A stretch of DNA of 64,000 nucleotides, taken from Eledone cirrhosa. Taxonomy: Eukaryota. Location of the stretch: NCBI GenBank assembly GCA_964016885.1, contig OZ024750.1:11470001-11534000 (forward strand). Reading direction: 5' to 3'. The translations under genes were made by a program, and so were the position numbers. The stretch's first letter is position 1; each line of letters starts with the position of its first letter. Below the pieces are notes generated by a model. It was not told the origin of the DNA. It saw only the letters and a program-made list of their open reading frames with translations, and did not search any database. Below are positions 12,915-27,070 of the stretch, piece after piece.

Positions 12915-14697
12915 TGATGGTGATGGTGATGGTGGTGGTGGTGGTAGTGGTGGTGGTGGCGGCGGTGGTGGTGATGGAGGTGGTGGTGATGGAGGTGGTG
13001 GTGCTGGTGGTGATGGTGATGGTGGTGATGATAGTGGTGGTGGTGATGATGATGGTGGTGATGGTGATGGTGGCGATGGTGATGATGGTGATGGTGATGG
13101 TGGTGGTGATGGTGATGATGATGGTGGTGATGGTGGTGGTGATGGAGGTGGCGGTGGTGGTGGTGGTGGTGATGATGGTGATGGTGGTGGTGGTGATGAT
13201 GATGGTGATGGTGATGGTGGTGGTGGTGGTAGTGGTGGTGGTGGTGGCGGCGGTGGTGGTGATGGTGGTGGTGGTGGTGGTGGTGATGTTGGTGGTGATG
13301 ATGGTGGTGATGGTGGTGATGATAGTGGTGGTGGTGGTGGTGGTGATGATGGTGGTGATGGTGATGGTGGTGATGGTGATGATGATGGTGGTGGTGGTGG
13401 TGATGGTGATGGTGGTGATGGTGATGATGATGATGGTGGTGGTGGTGGTGGTGGTGGTGATGGTGATGATGATGGTGGTGATGGTGGTGGTGGTGGTGGT
13501 GATGGTGATGGTGATGATGATGATGGTGGTGATGGTGGTGGTGGTGATGGTGATGGTGATGGTGATGATGATGATGGTGGTGGTGGTGGTGATGGTGATG
13601 GTGATGATGTTTAATCCTGCCTCTCTCTCTCTCTCTCTCTCTCTCTTCTTTCCTCCTACTTTCTAAAGAAAGTTAAACTCAATATGTTTCCATTCTAAAA
13701 GACAGGTCTCTCTGTTGCCACCGATCTCTGCAATAAATGTGACACTGTAAACTTGCAGACATACTGGTTTCAATGACAATCTATATATTATTACAATTAT
13801 TATTAATAGTAGTAGTGGTGGTGATAGTAATAGTAGTAGTGGTGGTGGTGGTGATAGTAATAGTAGTAGTGGTGGTGGTGATAGTAATAGTAGTACTAGT
13901 GGTGATGGTGATAGTAATAGTAGTAGTAGTAGTGGTGGTGGTGATAGTAGTACTAGTGGTGGTGGTGATAGTAATAGTAGTACTAGTGGTGGTGGTGATA
14001 GTAATAGTAGTAGTGGTGGTGGTGGTGATAGTAATAGTAGTACTAGTGGTGGTGGTGATAGTAGTACTAGTGGTGGTGGTGATAGTAATACTAGTACTAG
14101 TGGTGGTGATAGTAATAGTAGTACTAGTGGTGGTGGTGATAGTAGTAGTAGTAGTGGTGGTGGTGATAGTAGTACTAGTGGTGGTGGTGATAGTAATAGT
14201 AGTACTAGTGGTGGTGGTGATAGTAATAGTAGTACTAGTGGTGGTGGTGATAGTAATAGTAGTACTAGTGGTGGTGGTGATAGTAGTACTAGTGGTGGTG
14301 GTGATAGTAATACTAGTACTAGTGGTGGTGATAGTAATAGTAGTACTAGTGGTGGTGGTGATAGTAATAGTAGTAGTGGTGGTGGTGATAGTAATAGTAG
14401 TACTAGTGGTGGTGGTGATAGTAATAGTAGTAGTGGTGGTGGTGATAGTAATACTAGTACTAGTGGTGGTGATAGTAATAGTAGTACTAGTGGTGGTGAT
14501 AGTAATAGTAGTACTAGTGGTGGTGGTGATAGTAATAGTAGTAGTAGTAGTGGTGGTGGTGATAGTAGTACTAGTGGTGGTGGTGATAGTAATAGTAGTA
14601 GTAGTAGTGGTGGTGGTGATAGTAATAGTAGTACTAGTGGTGGTGATAGTAATAGTAGTACTAGTGGTGGTGATAGTAATAGTAGTAGTGGTGGTGA

Positions 14698-14765
<68 letters not shown>
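12915..14765. repeat. (GGT/GAT)n and (GTA/GTG)n compound microsatellites
   Basis: Direct inspection: 12915-13610 and 13808-14765. Confidence 0.9.
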
Positions 14766-15087
14766 TCATCGTCATCATTATTATTGAGACTTTCTTTTCT
14801 TACCTTTATTGTTTGATGTTTTCGAAATATATTGCTATCTCAGAAAGGTTTCCCGAACGCGCGTAATTTTATCTCTATTGAAAGTAGACTACCATTCTTT
14901 GATACGATGTTAATAATAATAACAATAATAATAACAATAATATTAATAATAACAATAATAACAATGAAAATAATAATAATAATAATTGTTTCTACGTTTG
15001 GCACAAGGCCAGCAATTACTCAGTGTATTACTGGTACTTTATTATAATAATAATAAAAATAATAATAACAATATTAATGATGATGAT

Positions 15088-15278
15088 AATTGTTTCTACT
15101 TTAAGCACAAGGCCAGCAAATACCCAGTGCATTACTGGTACTTTATTTTATCGACCCCGTAAGGATGAAAGGCAAAGTCAACCTCGGCGGGATTTGAACT
15201 CAGACCGTAAAGGGACGTAACTATGCTGGAAAGCATGGCGTCCGACCCTCTACCGATACTGCCAATTCATCGCCCTTA
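15088..15278 (-). mobile_element. SINE family 1 (with a duplicated tail fragment at ~14985-15040)
   Basis: Reverse complement of the 7318 copy. Confidence 0.85.
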
Positions 15279-15669
15279 ATGATGATGATAATATTAATGA
15301 TGATGATAATGATAATATTAATGATGATGATAATGATAATATTAATGATAATATTAATGATGATGATAATGATAATATTAATGATGATGATAATGATAAT
15401 ATTAATGATGATGATAATGATAATGATATTAATGATGATAATAGAAACGACGACAAGAGTGGTTCAAGAATGGAACTTCTTTTGTATTATGCGCCGAATA
15501 TAGTACTGTGGTTATATAGTACTGTGGTACTATAGTACTGTGGTAATATAGTACTGTGGTGAACCATTCTTTCTGGAGTTCTTTCATCGTCCGTTAACAT
15601 TGAAAACGTTTAATGACATTTATCTCTGCTCTCTACATTTTCCTTTTAAAAATAACAATGATAGTCTGA

Positions 15670-17085
<1,416 letters not shown>

Positions 17086-17350
17086 AAAAGAGATTTTTCC
17101 AGTATCAATCTAATCTAAATGTACGTATATAAGTTACCTTTTCAGGAGGAAACAAATTCATATGATTAGATATCAAATCAAATCTTCTAAAGGTTATCAA
17201 CTGTTTCTCTAGCTCTTACTTAGTACAGACCAGTGAAGAACATATCGACTCAGGCACAATTTTTAGATATTGTTTTAAATTAGAGTCTAGAAGACAGTAA
17301 ATAATGTATGTGATATTTCGAAATCTAAGAATCTGCATTGTTTTGTAGGG

Positions 17351-17399
<49 letters not shown>

Positions 17400-17741
17400 G
17401 ATTGTGTATATATATATATGCGTAAGCATACAATGCAACGGGAGGAAACATAATAGCAACACTGACGATGTTGCAGATGTGCAACGAAAGAACTTTGATA
17501 GACTATATATATGTGTTTGTGTCTATATTGTATCTGTATTTTTGACCGTTGGTCAGTCAATGGCAACATTGAGGACCGAATAAATTAAATTAACCGATAT
17601 AAAAGACACAGAAGCGAAAACCAACCAAACAGTGAGTGTGTTCTGTTATTAATTCTGACAATATTATTACACAAATATGACCCTCCCCAAGTATAACAAT
17701 ATATTGTTTCGACACACGATTTCATATCAAAAACCTCGCAA

Positions 17742-17798
<57 letters not shown>

Positions 17799-17857
17799 AT
17801 CGGTATAGAACATGGAAGGAATATATTAGGTTAACGCTTGCAATAGCAGGAAGAGGG

Positions 17858-17893
17858 TCTTAACGTTTCCGACGCTAGTCCTTCATCAGAAGA
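17858..17893 (-). ncRNA. Minimal hammerhead motif, family B
   Basis: Minus strand tctt-CTGATGA-aggactagcgtcg-GAAA-cg-TT-aaga; the ~50 nt of lower-coordinate flank is shared with 5455-5500. Confidence 0.6.
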
Positions 17894-18258
17894 AAGAATG
17901 AGAAATAAGGTAGATTGAAGGAACGTGTGGGTTGGAAAAATATCTTTACATAAAAATAACAGATCCATTCATGTTGACATATATTTATATATATATATAT
18001 ATTGTACTTATGTGTATATGTGGGTGGGAATTATATATATATATATATTCTACATATGTGTATAGGTGGGTGATGGTTATATATATACCTATAATAGTGA
18101 ACTAACTGTTGTGGAACTACTTTAGATATATATATTGTTTGTTTGTATCTTGCATCACATGTAATTTGTTGATGTATACCTTTTTTTTTTTATTCCGACA
18201 AAAATTTAAAAGTGAAATGAATATTTCTTTACACAGCAAATATTGTTTTTCTCCAATG

Positions 18259-18311
<53 letters not shown>

Positions 18312-18321
<10 letters not shown>

Positions 18322-18628
18322 GAGGTTTTCTGTTTTTTACAAAATGAAAAAAAAAACGAATGTCCTACACGAGTGAAAGTATAAGGAAAAAAGATGAAAT
18401 CGAAAATGCAACTGGAGTCTTTTTAAGAATATTTATTTGGCTCCTTTACCGGTTTCGCAGTTCTTCTGCTTTTCAAAAGTAGAATTGAGATGGAGGGTTT
18501 GTGGCTTTTCTCGCACAAACCCTCCATCTCAATTCTACTTTTGAAAAGCAGAAGAACTGCGAAACCGGTAAAGGAGCCAAATAAATATTCTTAAAAGACT
18601 CCAGTTGCTTTTCGATTTCATCTTTTTT

Positions 18629-18635
<7 letters not shown>
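18312..18635. mobile_element. Fold-back element between (TA)n arrays (about 120-bp arms, 10-nt loop)
   Basis: Arms 18380-18503 and 18514-18635 are near-perfect reverse complements. Unpaired tail at 18312-18379; hammerhead in each arm. Confidence 0.75.
18535..18576 (+). ncRNA. Hammerhead motif with U3-A8 variant core (mirror copy on - at 18441-18482)
   Basis: ctactt-TTGAAAA-gcag-aagaa-ctgc-GAAA-ccgg-TA-aaggag: stem II gcag/ctgc, palindromic stem III ACCGGT, GUA site. Confidence 0.65.
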
Positions 18636-18699
<64 letters not shown>

Positions 18700-19367
18700 T
18701 GTATGCATGAGTATATGTGTATACATATACACATACATACTTATAGATATGTTTATATATATATACACACACAAGCGGAAACAAGCTTTTGACATAAACC
18801 GAAATTGAAAGTAAAAAGACTGTTGCCATATTTCTACCATGTATTGACAGGAAACGCAGCTTCTGTCGCTTTGCATAAGAAACTAAATTTCTAAAAGTAT
18901 GATTTGCACAGAATTTGTCTTCTTCCCATGTAATTTCCCATGTAACTGTTCACTACGTGAGAATCCCTTCCTGTAATAGCTTCGGTGATGCAATAATGTT
19001 GTTAAATCAACTATTTTAAATTAAAAAGACACATTTATTTGATGTGTAGAGATTTGTATATGGTCTGTTTATTTAGGGACGTATACATATGTGTGTATGT
19101 ATATGTAAGCATGTAGTCTAATGTGAAGGTATTAACATTTGTGTGTGTCAGTGTACGTGTGTGTGTCAGTGTATGTGTGTGAGTAATGCATATATTTACA
19201 TAAATGCAGTTATGCACATATGTATGTCTGGGTGTGTAATATATTCATGTATGTATATGTATACACATATATTACATATACATAAATATATACATATATA
19301 TTGATCAAAACCCTTGTACCAGTAATACACTGGTCTTGTGCCAAAAGTAGAAACAACTATTATATAT

Positions 19368-19398
<31 letters not shown>

Positions 19399-19912
19399 GT
19401 TGAAATATATATATATATATATAGTTGAAATATATATATATATAGTTGAAATATATATGTATATATATATATGTATACATATATTTATATGTATACATAT
19501 ATGTGCACACAAACACAGACACACACACAGACACATATATACATACATACACACACACACAGTTTAAATACCTCACTCTGTGGAATTTTCTATTTTCGGT
19601 TTGTAAATAGCTAAGTTGCCAATAACTGTCAAATCGATACTCACTATGTTTTCTCCTCGTTTTCTACCATTCATACAAAAATATTGATAATTACAAGATT
19701 AAAAACCAATGAAAACAAACCAAAAGTAAACCCTCTGGTTTTTTTTGTTTTCGTAGGGGTTTTTTGTTTTATATAAACCTATCTAAAAATATATATATTT
19801 AAAGTACAATCTTAGTTTTGTTAGGTTTCCTTTAACATTGAAGTTTCCTGGAATATGTCACCAAATCTACCCTCATAATTATGAGTTTGTGTGTTGAAAT
19901 AAATTCTGAGAA

Positions 19913-21240
19913 TGTGTGGTGTGTGGTGTGTGGTGTGCGTGTGGTGTGGTGTGTGTGGTGTGTGTGGTGTGCGTGGTGTGTGTGGTGTATGTGGTGTATG
20001 TGGTGTGTGTGGTGTGTGTGGTGTGCGTGGTGTGGTGTGTGTGTGTGGTGTGTGTGGTGTGTAGTGTGTGGTGTGTGGTGTGCGTGTGGTGTGTGGTGTG
20101 TGTGGTGTGCGTGGTGTGTGGTGTGTGTGGTGTGTGGTGTGCGTGTGGTGTGTGGTGTGTGGTGTGTGTGGTGTGTGTGGTGTGCGTGGTGTATGTGGTG
20201 TGCGTGGTGTGTGGTGTATGTGGTGTATGTGGTGTGTGTGGTGTATGTGGTGTGTGTGGTGTGTGTGGTGTGTGGTGTGCGTGTGGTGTGCGTGGTGTGT
20301 GTGGTGTGCGTGGTGTGTGTGGTGTGTGTGGTGTGTGGTGTGCGTGGTGTGGTGTGTGTGGTGTGTGTGGTGTGTGGTGTGTGTGGTGTATGTGGTGTGT
20401 GTGGTGTGTGGTGTGCGTGGTGTGTGGTGTGTGTGGTGTGTGGTGTGTGTGGTGTGTGTGGTGTGCGTGGTGTGTGGTGTGCGTGGTGTGTAGTGTGTGG
20501 TGTGTGGTGTGCGTGGTGTGTAGTGTGTGGTGTGTGTAGTGTGTGGTGTGTAGTGTATGGTGTGCGTGGTGCGTGGTGTGCGTGGTGTGGTGTGTGCGTG
20601 GTGTGTGTGGCGTGCGTGGTGTGTAGTGTGCGTGGTGGGTAGTGTGTGGTGTAGTGTGTGGTGTGCGTGGTGTGTGGTGTAGTGTGTGGTGTGCGTGGTG
20701 TGTAGTGTGTGGTGTGTGTGGTGTGTGTGGTGTAGTGTGTGGTGTGCGTGGTGTGTGGTGTGTGTGGTGTGTGTGGTGTGTGGTGTGCGTGGTGTGTGGT
20801 GTGTGTGGTGTGTGTGGTGTGTGGTGTGTGTGGTGTGTGTGGTGTGTGGTGTGCGTGGTGTGTGGTGTGTACGTCGATACATATATACACATATGCGCGC
20901 ATACAAATATACATACATACATACATTTTGAAATATATGCGTGTATGTATGTATGTATATGCACGCGTGTATGGTAAGATTCAACGCTGAATAGAATGGT
21001 TTGCAAACATACATACATTCACACATATATTTACACAAACATACATACATTCACACATATATTTACACAAACATACATACATTCACACATATATTTACAC
21101 AAACATACATACATTCACACATATATTTACACAAACATACATACATTCACACGTATATTTACACAAACATACATACATTCACACATATATTTACACAAAC
21201 ATACATACATTCACACATATATTTACACAAACATACATAG
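19913..21240. repeat. (GTGTG)n-type array followed by an AC-rich minisatellite
   Basis: Direct inspection: 19913-20870 and 21003-21240. Confidence 0.9.
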
Positions 21241-22160
21241 TCATAATAGCAGCGTTCGGTGAAATTGGAAATGGGAGGGTAAAAGAGGTATAACGTTTTA
21301 TTTATTTAACTCTTTTTTTTAAATTCATTTAATATAATGGTTACAGAACGAAAGCACTAACAAATATAATATATACAAAGGAAAGGGAAAGGAAAAAAAG
21401 AAAGAGAAAAAATACACAAGCAGGTAATACACACATCTTAGGCCACAGAACAATATGCAGGCGAAAGAGTGAAAAAACGAGCCGCTATCAGAGCAAAAGA
21501 TAGCAATATAGCGAGGAGCACTGGGAAGCCTCTCTAATAATTTTTGAGGCAGGCCAGCACGCTTGCAACGTTACCTGGGGTTATGACGAGGCTGAGGTGC
21601 TGGAACAACCAAGTGCCCTCACGAGCATCACCAGTTACCTCTGTTTGGCGAGCCGCCAGTGAAGATAAGAATCTCTCTGTCAGTAGCCCTCTCCCTCGAA
21701 CACCACAGGCTGGATAATATAGTTAGCTGACAGAACACGGTATTTTAGGATTTTGTTCTGTTCAGCTGCGGATGCTGTAGCTCTCGCCCTTACCGCTGCA
21801 TCCAGAATGTGGGAAGAAGCAAAAGAGTCACTAACTGTGACGTCCCAGCTAAGCCACCTGCCTCTTGACCAGGAGCAGAGAGTAAGACCGTCAAGTCTTT
21901 TCCCATCAATTCAGGACAACCCAGATGGTTCCAAAATTGAGGGGATGTTTGCCCGGGGTAAAGCTCTTGAGTAGTAATAGGACAGTGTGTGCATGTGCGC
22001 GTGTGTGAGTTTGTCGGCGTTCTTAAATTAGAGACACGTGTGTGTGTCACTGTTTTTAAATTAGACATATATATGTGTGTATCCCTTTCCTTCCTTTTAC
22101 ACAGACATACATTCACACAAACGCACATACACATTGTGTGACGGATGGGTGGACAGAAGT

Positions 22161-22590
22161 CCCTCAAATTTATATACATGTGAATGGAGTTCTACTGAAG
22201 CAGTTAGAGAAGTTCAAGTATCTTGGAGCCGTGTTCATGAGTGATGGAATGCAGGAGGCTGAATTAAGTGCAAGAATTGCAAAAGCTGATGCAGTAATGC
22301 TCCAGCCTTAGCATTCAGCAATCAGATGAAGGTGGGTAAGTGTAAAAGCCAAACTCGCTGTCTTTCTGGTATTCCTGCCAACTCTTACCGAGGATCATGA
22401 ATCTTGTGTAATGACCAAAAGAATACAATTGCAAATAAAAGTGGCAGAAATGGGATTACTCGATAAAGTGCATAACTCAGAGACCAGAGAGTCACTCCTG
22501 GTAGAGCCGCTACTTCTCTGAATTGAGAGATCACAACTCCGATATTATGAGCATGTGGTTAGAATGTCTCAGTAAAGAATCGCTAGACAC
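22161..22590 (+). mobile_element. RTE-clade LINE remnant (RT C-terminal region)
   Basis: VNGVLLKQLEKFKYLGAVFMSDG..ELSARIAKA, then VAEMG and IERSQLRYYEHVVRM, with stops and frameshifts. Confidence 0.8.
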
Positions 22591-22599
22591 ATAAATAAT

Positions 22600-23010
22600 T
22601 ATTGTGGGTAATATTGTGGGTAAAATTATTATTGTGGATAAATGGTAGGTAAAATAATTATTGTGGGTAAAAAGGTGGGTAAAATGATTATTGTGGGTAA
22701 GTTGTGGGTAAAATAATTATTGTGGGTAAAGTGGTGTGTAAAATGATTATTGTGGGTAAAGTGGTAGGTAAAATGATTATTGCGGGCAAAGCGGTGGGTA
22801 AAATAATTATTGTGGGTAAAGTGGTGGGTAAAATGATTATTGTGGGTAAACCGGTGGGTAAAATGATTATTGTGGTTAAAGTGGTGGGTAAAATGATTAT
22901 TGTAGGTAAAATAATTATTGTGGGTAAAAGGGTAGGTAAAATGATAATGGTGGGTAAAATAATTATTGTGGGTAAAATGATCGGCAAAATAATTATTGTG
23001 GGTAAAAAAT
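22600..23010. repeat. Minisatellite (gtgggtaaaatgattatt / gtgggtaaagtg units)
   Basis: Visible tandem array directly after the RTE remnant. Confidence 0.85.
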
Positions 23011-23078
23011 GGATTTTAACCATCTGCCATGACTGAATTTTAACCATCTACTTAGTCAAGGTATGTCAAGCATCATCT

Positions 23079-23145
23079 TATTTTATCTGATGAGGACGTA
23101 CTGTTGAAGATAGCTCAGTACCTCTGAAATATGTATAATAAAATA
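23079..23145 (+). ncRNA. Type I hammerhead ribozyme motif, family A
   Basis: tattttat-CTGATGA-ggacgtactg-loop-cagtacctct-GAAA-tatgta-TA-ataaaata. Stem II sequence differs from the other copies but still pairs. Confidence 0.8.
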
Positions 23146-23340
23146 TACTTGATCACACGAATGTCTATATTTGTTAATATTTTGAATTAATATATATATA
23201 TATATATATATACGATATTAACAAATGGAAACTATATTTATTTCATTATACATATTTCAAGGACACCATATTTGTTGAGTGCTTTATATCAGTTATAAAA
23301 ATATTTGCTTGTTGTATCCCAACAATTTAAATAGAACTTT

Positions 23341-23393
<53 letters not shown>

Positions 23394-23724
23394 GCAAGTT
23401 TGAAGAATTATTAGATAAAATATATACAGTATTTCCTCTGCCTAGTCCGTATAATTATATGCATATATTCCTTTGAATTATATATATATATATATATATA
23501 AATTTTAGTACAGCATTGACGAAGCTTTAGAATACGGCCAAGCTAGCGTATATGCATAATCGGTCTGTAGCTTGAGCACTCAGATGAGGAAAGACCCCAG
23601 AGTAATAACATTACGTTCAGACAGCTTAGCAAATCAGATATAGCGGTCGGCAGTCCAGCCGCATCACTAGAGCAACGAAAATACAGGACCCAGGAAAAGA
23701 TTTTATATATATATATATATATAT

Positions 23725-24101
23725 AGTATAAAAGAGAAAACACAGGTAAGCATTAAGAGAAGGATTTTATCCAGGTATTTACGACCGTTTCATTGGTAAG
23801 TGCAACCTTATATTGCTATACTATTTTGAAAATTTGGACTGTGAACAACAATTATAATTGAGTGGCTGCTATTTGCAGTATAGCAATATAAGGTTGCACT
23901 TACCAATGAAACGGTCGTAAATACCTGGATAAAATCCTTCTCTTAATGCTTACCTGTGTTTTCTCTTTTATACTTTATACTCCAAGATTGAACGGAATTC
24001 TTACAAACTTGTGGAGTTACCCCTAACCGTACGTTGAAACCATCCATGAAAGTGGCTTTCTTAACCAAGAACTGGATCACAATAAGCAATTTTTTGCTTC
24101 T

Positions 24102-24107
<6 letters not shown>
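23725..24107 (+). mobile_element. Fold-back element between (TA)n arrays (98-bp perfect arms)
   Basis: Arms 23725-23822 and 23877-23974, then a unique tail to (TA)n. Contains GAAACGGTC, resembling a hammerhead 3' half. Confidence 0.7.
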
Positions 24108-24190
<83 letters not shown>

Positions 24191-24425
24191 GTAAGAATAT
24201 TTTCGAAACAGCGAGCGGGTTTGAAATTATTATAAATGTAAGCTATCGTCGTATTTCGACTAAAGAAATTAAAGAAATTATTTAGCCTGATAGTGAGAAA
24301 TGGGAAAAGATGAGTATTGATGTCAATACTCATCTTTTTCCATTTCTCCGAGGGTTCTTAACCCCGCTATCAGGCTAAATAATTTCTTTAATTTCTTTAA
24401 TCAAAATACGGCGATAGCTTACATT

Positions 24426-24428
<3 letters not shown>
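24191..24428. repeat. Imperfect long inverted repeat between (TA)n arrays
   Basis: 24232-24324 pairs with 24329-24428 around an atgt loop, with a ~15-nt asymmetric insert; short unpaired tail at 24191-24231. Confidence 0.7.
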
Positions 24429-24482
<54 letters not shown>

Positions 24483-24554
24483 TTAAATATATTGTCATTT
24501 AGTACACGATTTTCCTAGTTTGATTATTCTAAATATTTAATTCTTCTTTTACAG

Positions 24555-24807
24555 GTTCCGTCAGGGTTTCAGACTGGTCTTCTGCATTTTTCCCTGTGTA
24601 CATGTACAAAAGAAGAGACGTCCTGATCGTAATATGACTCTGTCGATGAGCATGTCCGATACAAAGGGAGTTAACCGAAACGGCTCTCTAATGCACACCA
24701 CTGTGGAGAACATGGACGAATCATACAATAGCCCAGAAACAATTCCGGAAACGGATTGGAAGCAGAATGGTAAAGATGATCCGGCAGCAGACGACGAGTA
24801 TTTGTAA
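24555..24807 (+). CDS. TACR: Tachykinin-type GPCR terminal coding exon (helix 8 + C-tail), missed by the ORF track
   Basis: ttttacAG acceptor; the first G completes the split CG|G Arg codon from the previous exon. FRQGFRLVFCIFPCVHVQKKRRPDRNMTLSMSMSDTKGVNRNGSLMHTT...DDEYL-TAA has helix-8 FRxGF, putative palmitoylation cysteines and a Ser/Thr-rich tail. Confidence 0.92.
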
Positions 24808-25785
24808 AGAAAGAAAGAAAATTAAAAGAAGGAGTTCATAGAAAGAATGAAATTATCTGAGAGAATAAAACAATGAAAAAGAAAGTAAAAGAAAAAAATA
24901 CTGGTAAAAACAACAATAATAATAATAATGAAGGCGAATCACTCCATAAGCGGAGATATATAATGACACTTGTTTTAACGAATGATTGGATGAAGGGTGA
25001 ATGTGTGGAGGAGATGTTCAGTGGTAGGGAGTATGAGGGTGAGTGAGTGAGTGAGTGAGTGAGTGAGGGAAGGAGTGAGTGAGTGAGTGAAGGAAGGAAT
25101 GAGTGAGTGGGTGAGTATAAGGGGTGGTGAGGGAATGAGGGAATGAGTGAAGGAGGGGATGAATATAAGGGCTTGTGAGTGAGGGAGTGAGAAAACGAGT
25201 GAGTGAAGGAGAGGATGAGTATAACGGCTGGTGAGTGAGGGAGTGAGGAAATGGGTGAAGGAGGGAGTGAGTGTGAGAGAGGGTGAGAAAGTGAGTGAGT
25301 GAAGGAGAGGATGAATATAAGGGCTGGTGAGTAAGGGAGTGAGGAAATGTGTGAGTGAGGAGATGAGTATAAGGGCTGGTGAGGGAGTGAGTGTAAGGGC
25401 TGGGGAGTGAGGGAGTGAGGACGTGAGTGAAGTAGGGGATGAATATAAGGGCTGCTGATTGAATTAGTGAGTGAGGGAGTGTGTAAGAGAGTTAGTAAAA
25501 GGGTTGATGAGTGAGTGTGAGTGAGATTAAGAGCAGGTGAGTGATTGTGAAATAATATGAGTGGGCGTATTGTAGATGAGTGAAGTAATATGAGTGGACG
25601 TATTGTATATGAGTGAATGTCGGAATAGATGACCATGTGTGGAGACATGTGTGGCGACAGATGTGTCGCGACGTGTGTGGAGACGTGTGTGTGGGTGTGT
25701 AGATAAAGTGTGCAAGTTAGTGAGGAGTGTGTGTGTGAGTGGAAAAATTATATATATATATATATATATAATTCTTTCACTCACT

Positions 25786-25844
<59 letters not shown>

Positions 25845-26413
25845 TAAGAGTGTGAATGACTTGATGGAAAATTGACTGATGAGGTGAAGAATGGGTTAAT
25901 TTACTGAATAAAGTGTGTGAACAAATAGGAATTAACGTATTTGAACAGATTGTACTTTTATATATATATATGAAATTTGAGCGGCCAGGGCATAAAATAA
26001 CTAGAACGGTAGGTTATTATTCTAAATAGTAATTGAGAAAATCGGATAAATACCGATAAGGGCGGTGAAAATGTAGACAGACTCCTCTGTACACATATTG
26101 CAGTCTTCGAAGCAATTTTCTTGATTTTCTCAAATATTATTTGAGGGATATTATCGTCTGTTATTTCAGTCATTTTCTGTATTAGGACGTTCATAATTTC
26201 AAATATCAAACCCTCCCAGCGTTTCTTATGGCATAAAAGCTTGTTTACATACCCCCCCCACACACACACACGCACACACACATATATATACACACACACA
26301 CACATATACATATATAGAGAGAGAGAAAGAGAAAGAGAGATGTATATAAATATATATATATAAACATATATACATATATATATATATATATATTTATTAA
26401 AATAACAGATTAA

Positions 26414-26464
26414 AGTTTAAGCAAAGAATCGCTGCTTTCACCCTTAACGGGATCTTCTGAAACT
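26414..26464 (-). ncRNA. Hammerhead-like motif with CAGAAGA core
   Basis: Minus strand agttt-CAGAAGA-tccc-gttaa-gggt-GAAA-gcag..ttgc-TT-aaact; all three stems pair. Confidence 0.55.
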
Positions 26465-27003
26465 GAGTTTAATCTGCTATTTTAATAAATATTTGCTCTA
26501 CGGTTCTTATATATTTGATATATATTGATCCTTATCGAGCCCTCTTTGTATTTTAGTCTTCAAATTTATTATTATTACTATATATATATATATATATATA
26601 TAAACATATATACACATTATATATATATACATATATACACATTATATATATATATACATATATACACATTATATATAAACATATATATATATACATATGT
26701 GTGTGTGTGTTAGTATTATCACGGGAGGCAGAATTGATTATCAATATTTTTTCAATGACTCTCTTTGCCTTCACAATAACACTGCTTATGTACCAGTGTG
26801 GATTTGTAACAAAATGGCTGGAAAGCATTTAAATTTTACGAGCATTGATATGCAAATTGCTTGTTTATGTCTATTTGTACGAAATTGGCGAAATATGCTT
26901 TAAAAATAAATCGTTTTTGTTTAGATAATCTACATTGCTCAGTATTATAGACTTTTGGAAAAAGTCAAGATAATCAAACATGGCGCCTATTATCCGAAAA
27001 GAC

Positions 27004-27070
<67 letters not shown>

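Noticed and set aside
25876-25890. Isolated CTGATGA matches here and near 60387
   Set aside because: No paired stem II or downstream GAAA/NUH; expected by chance.
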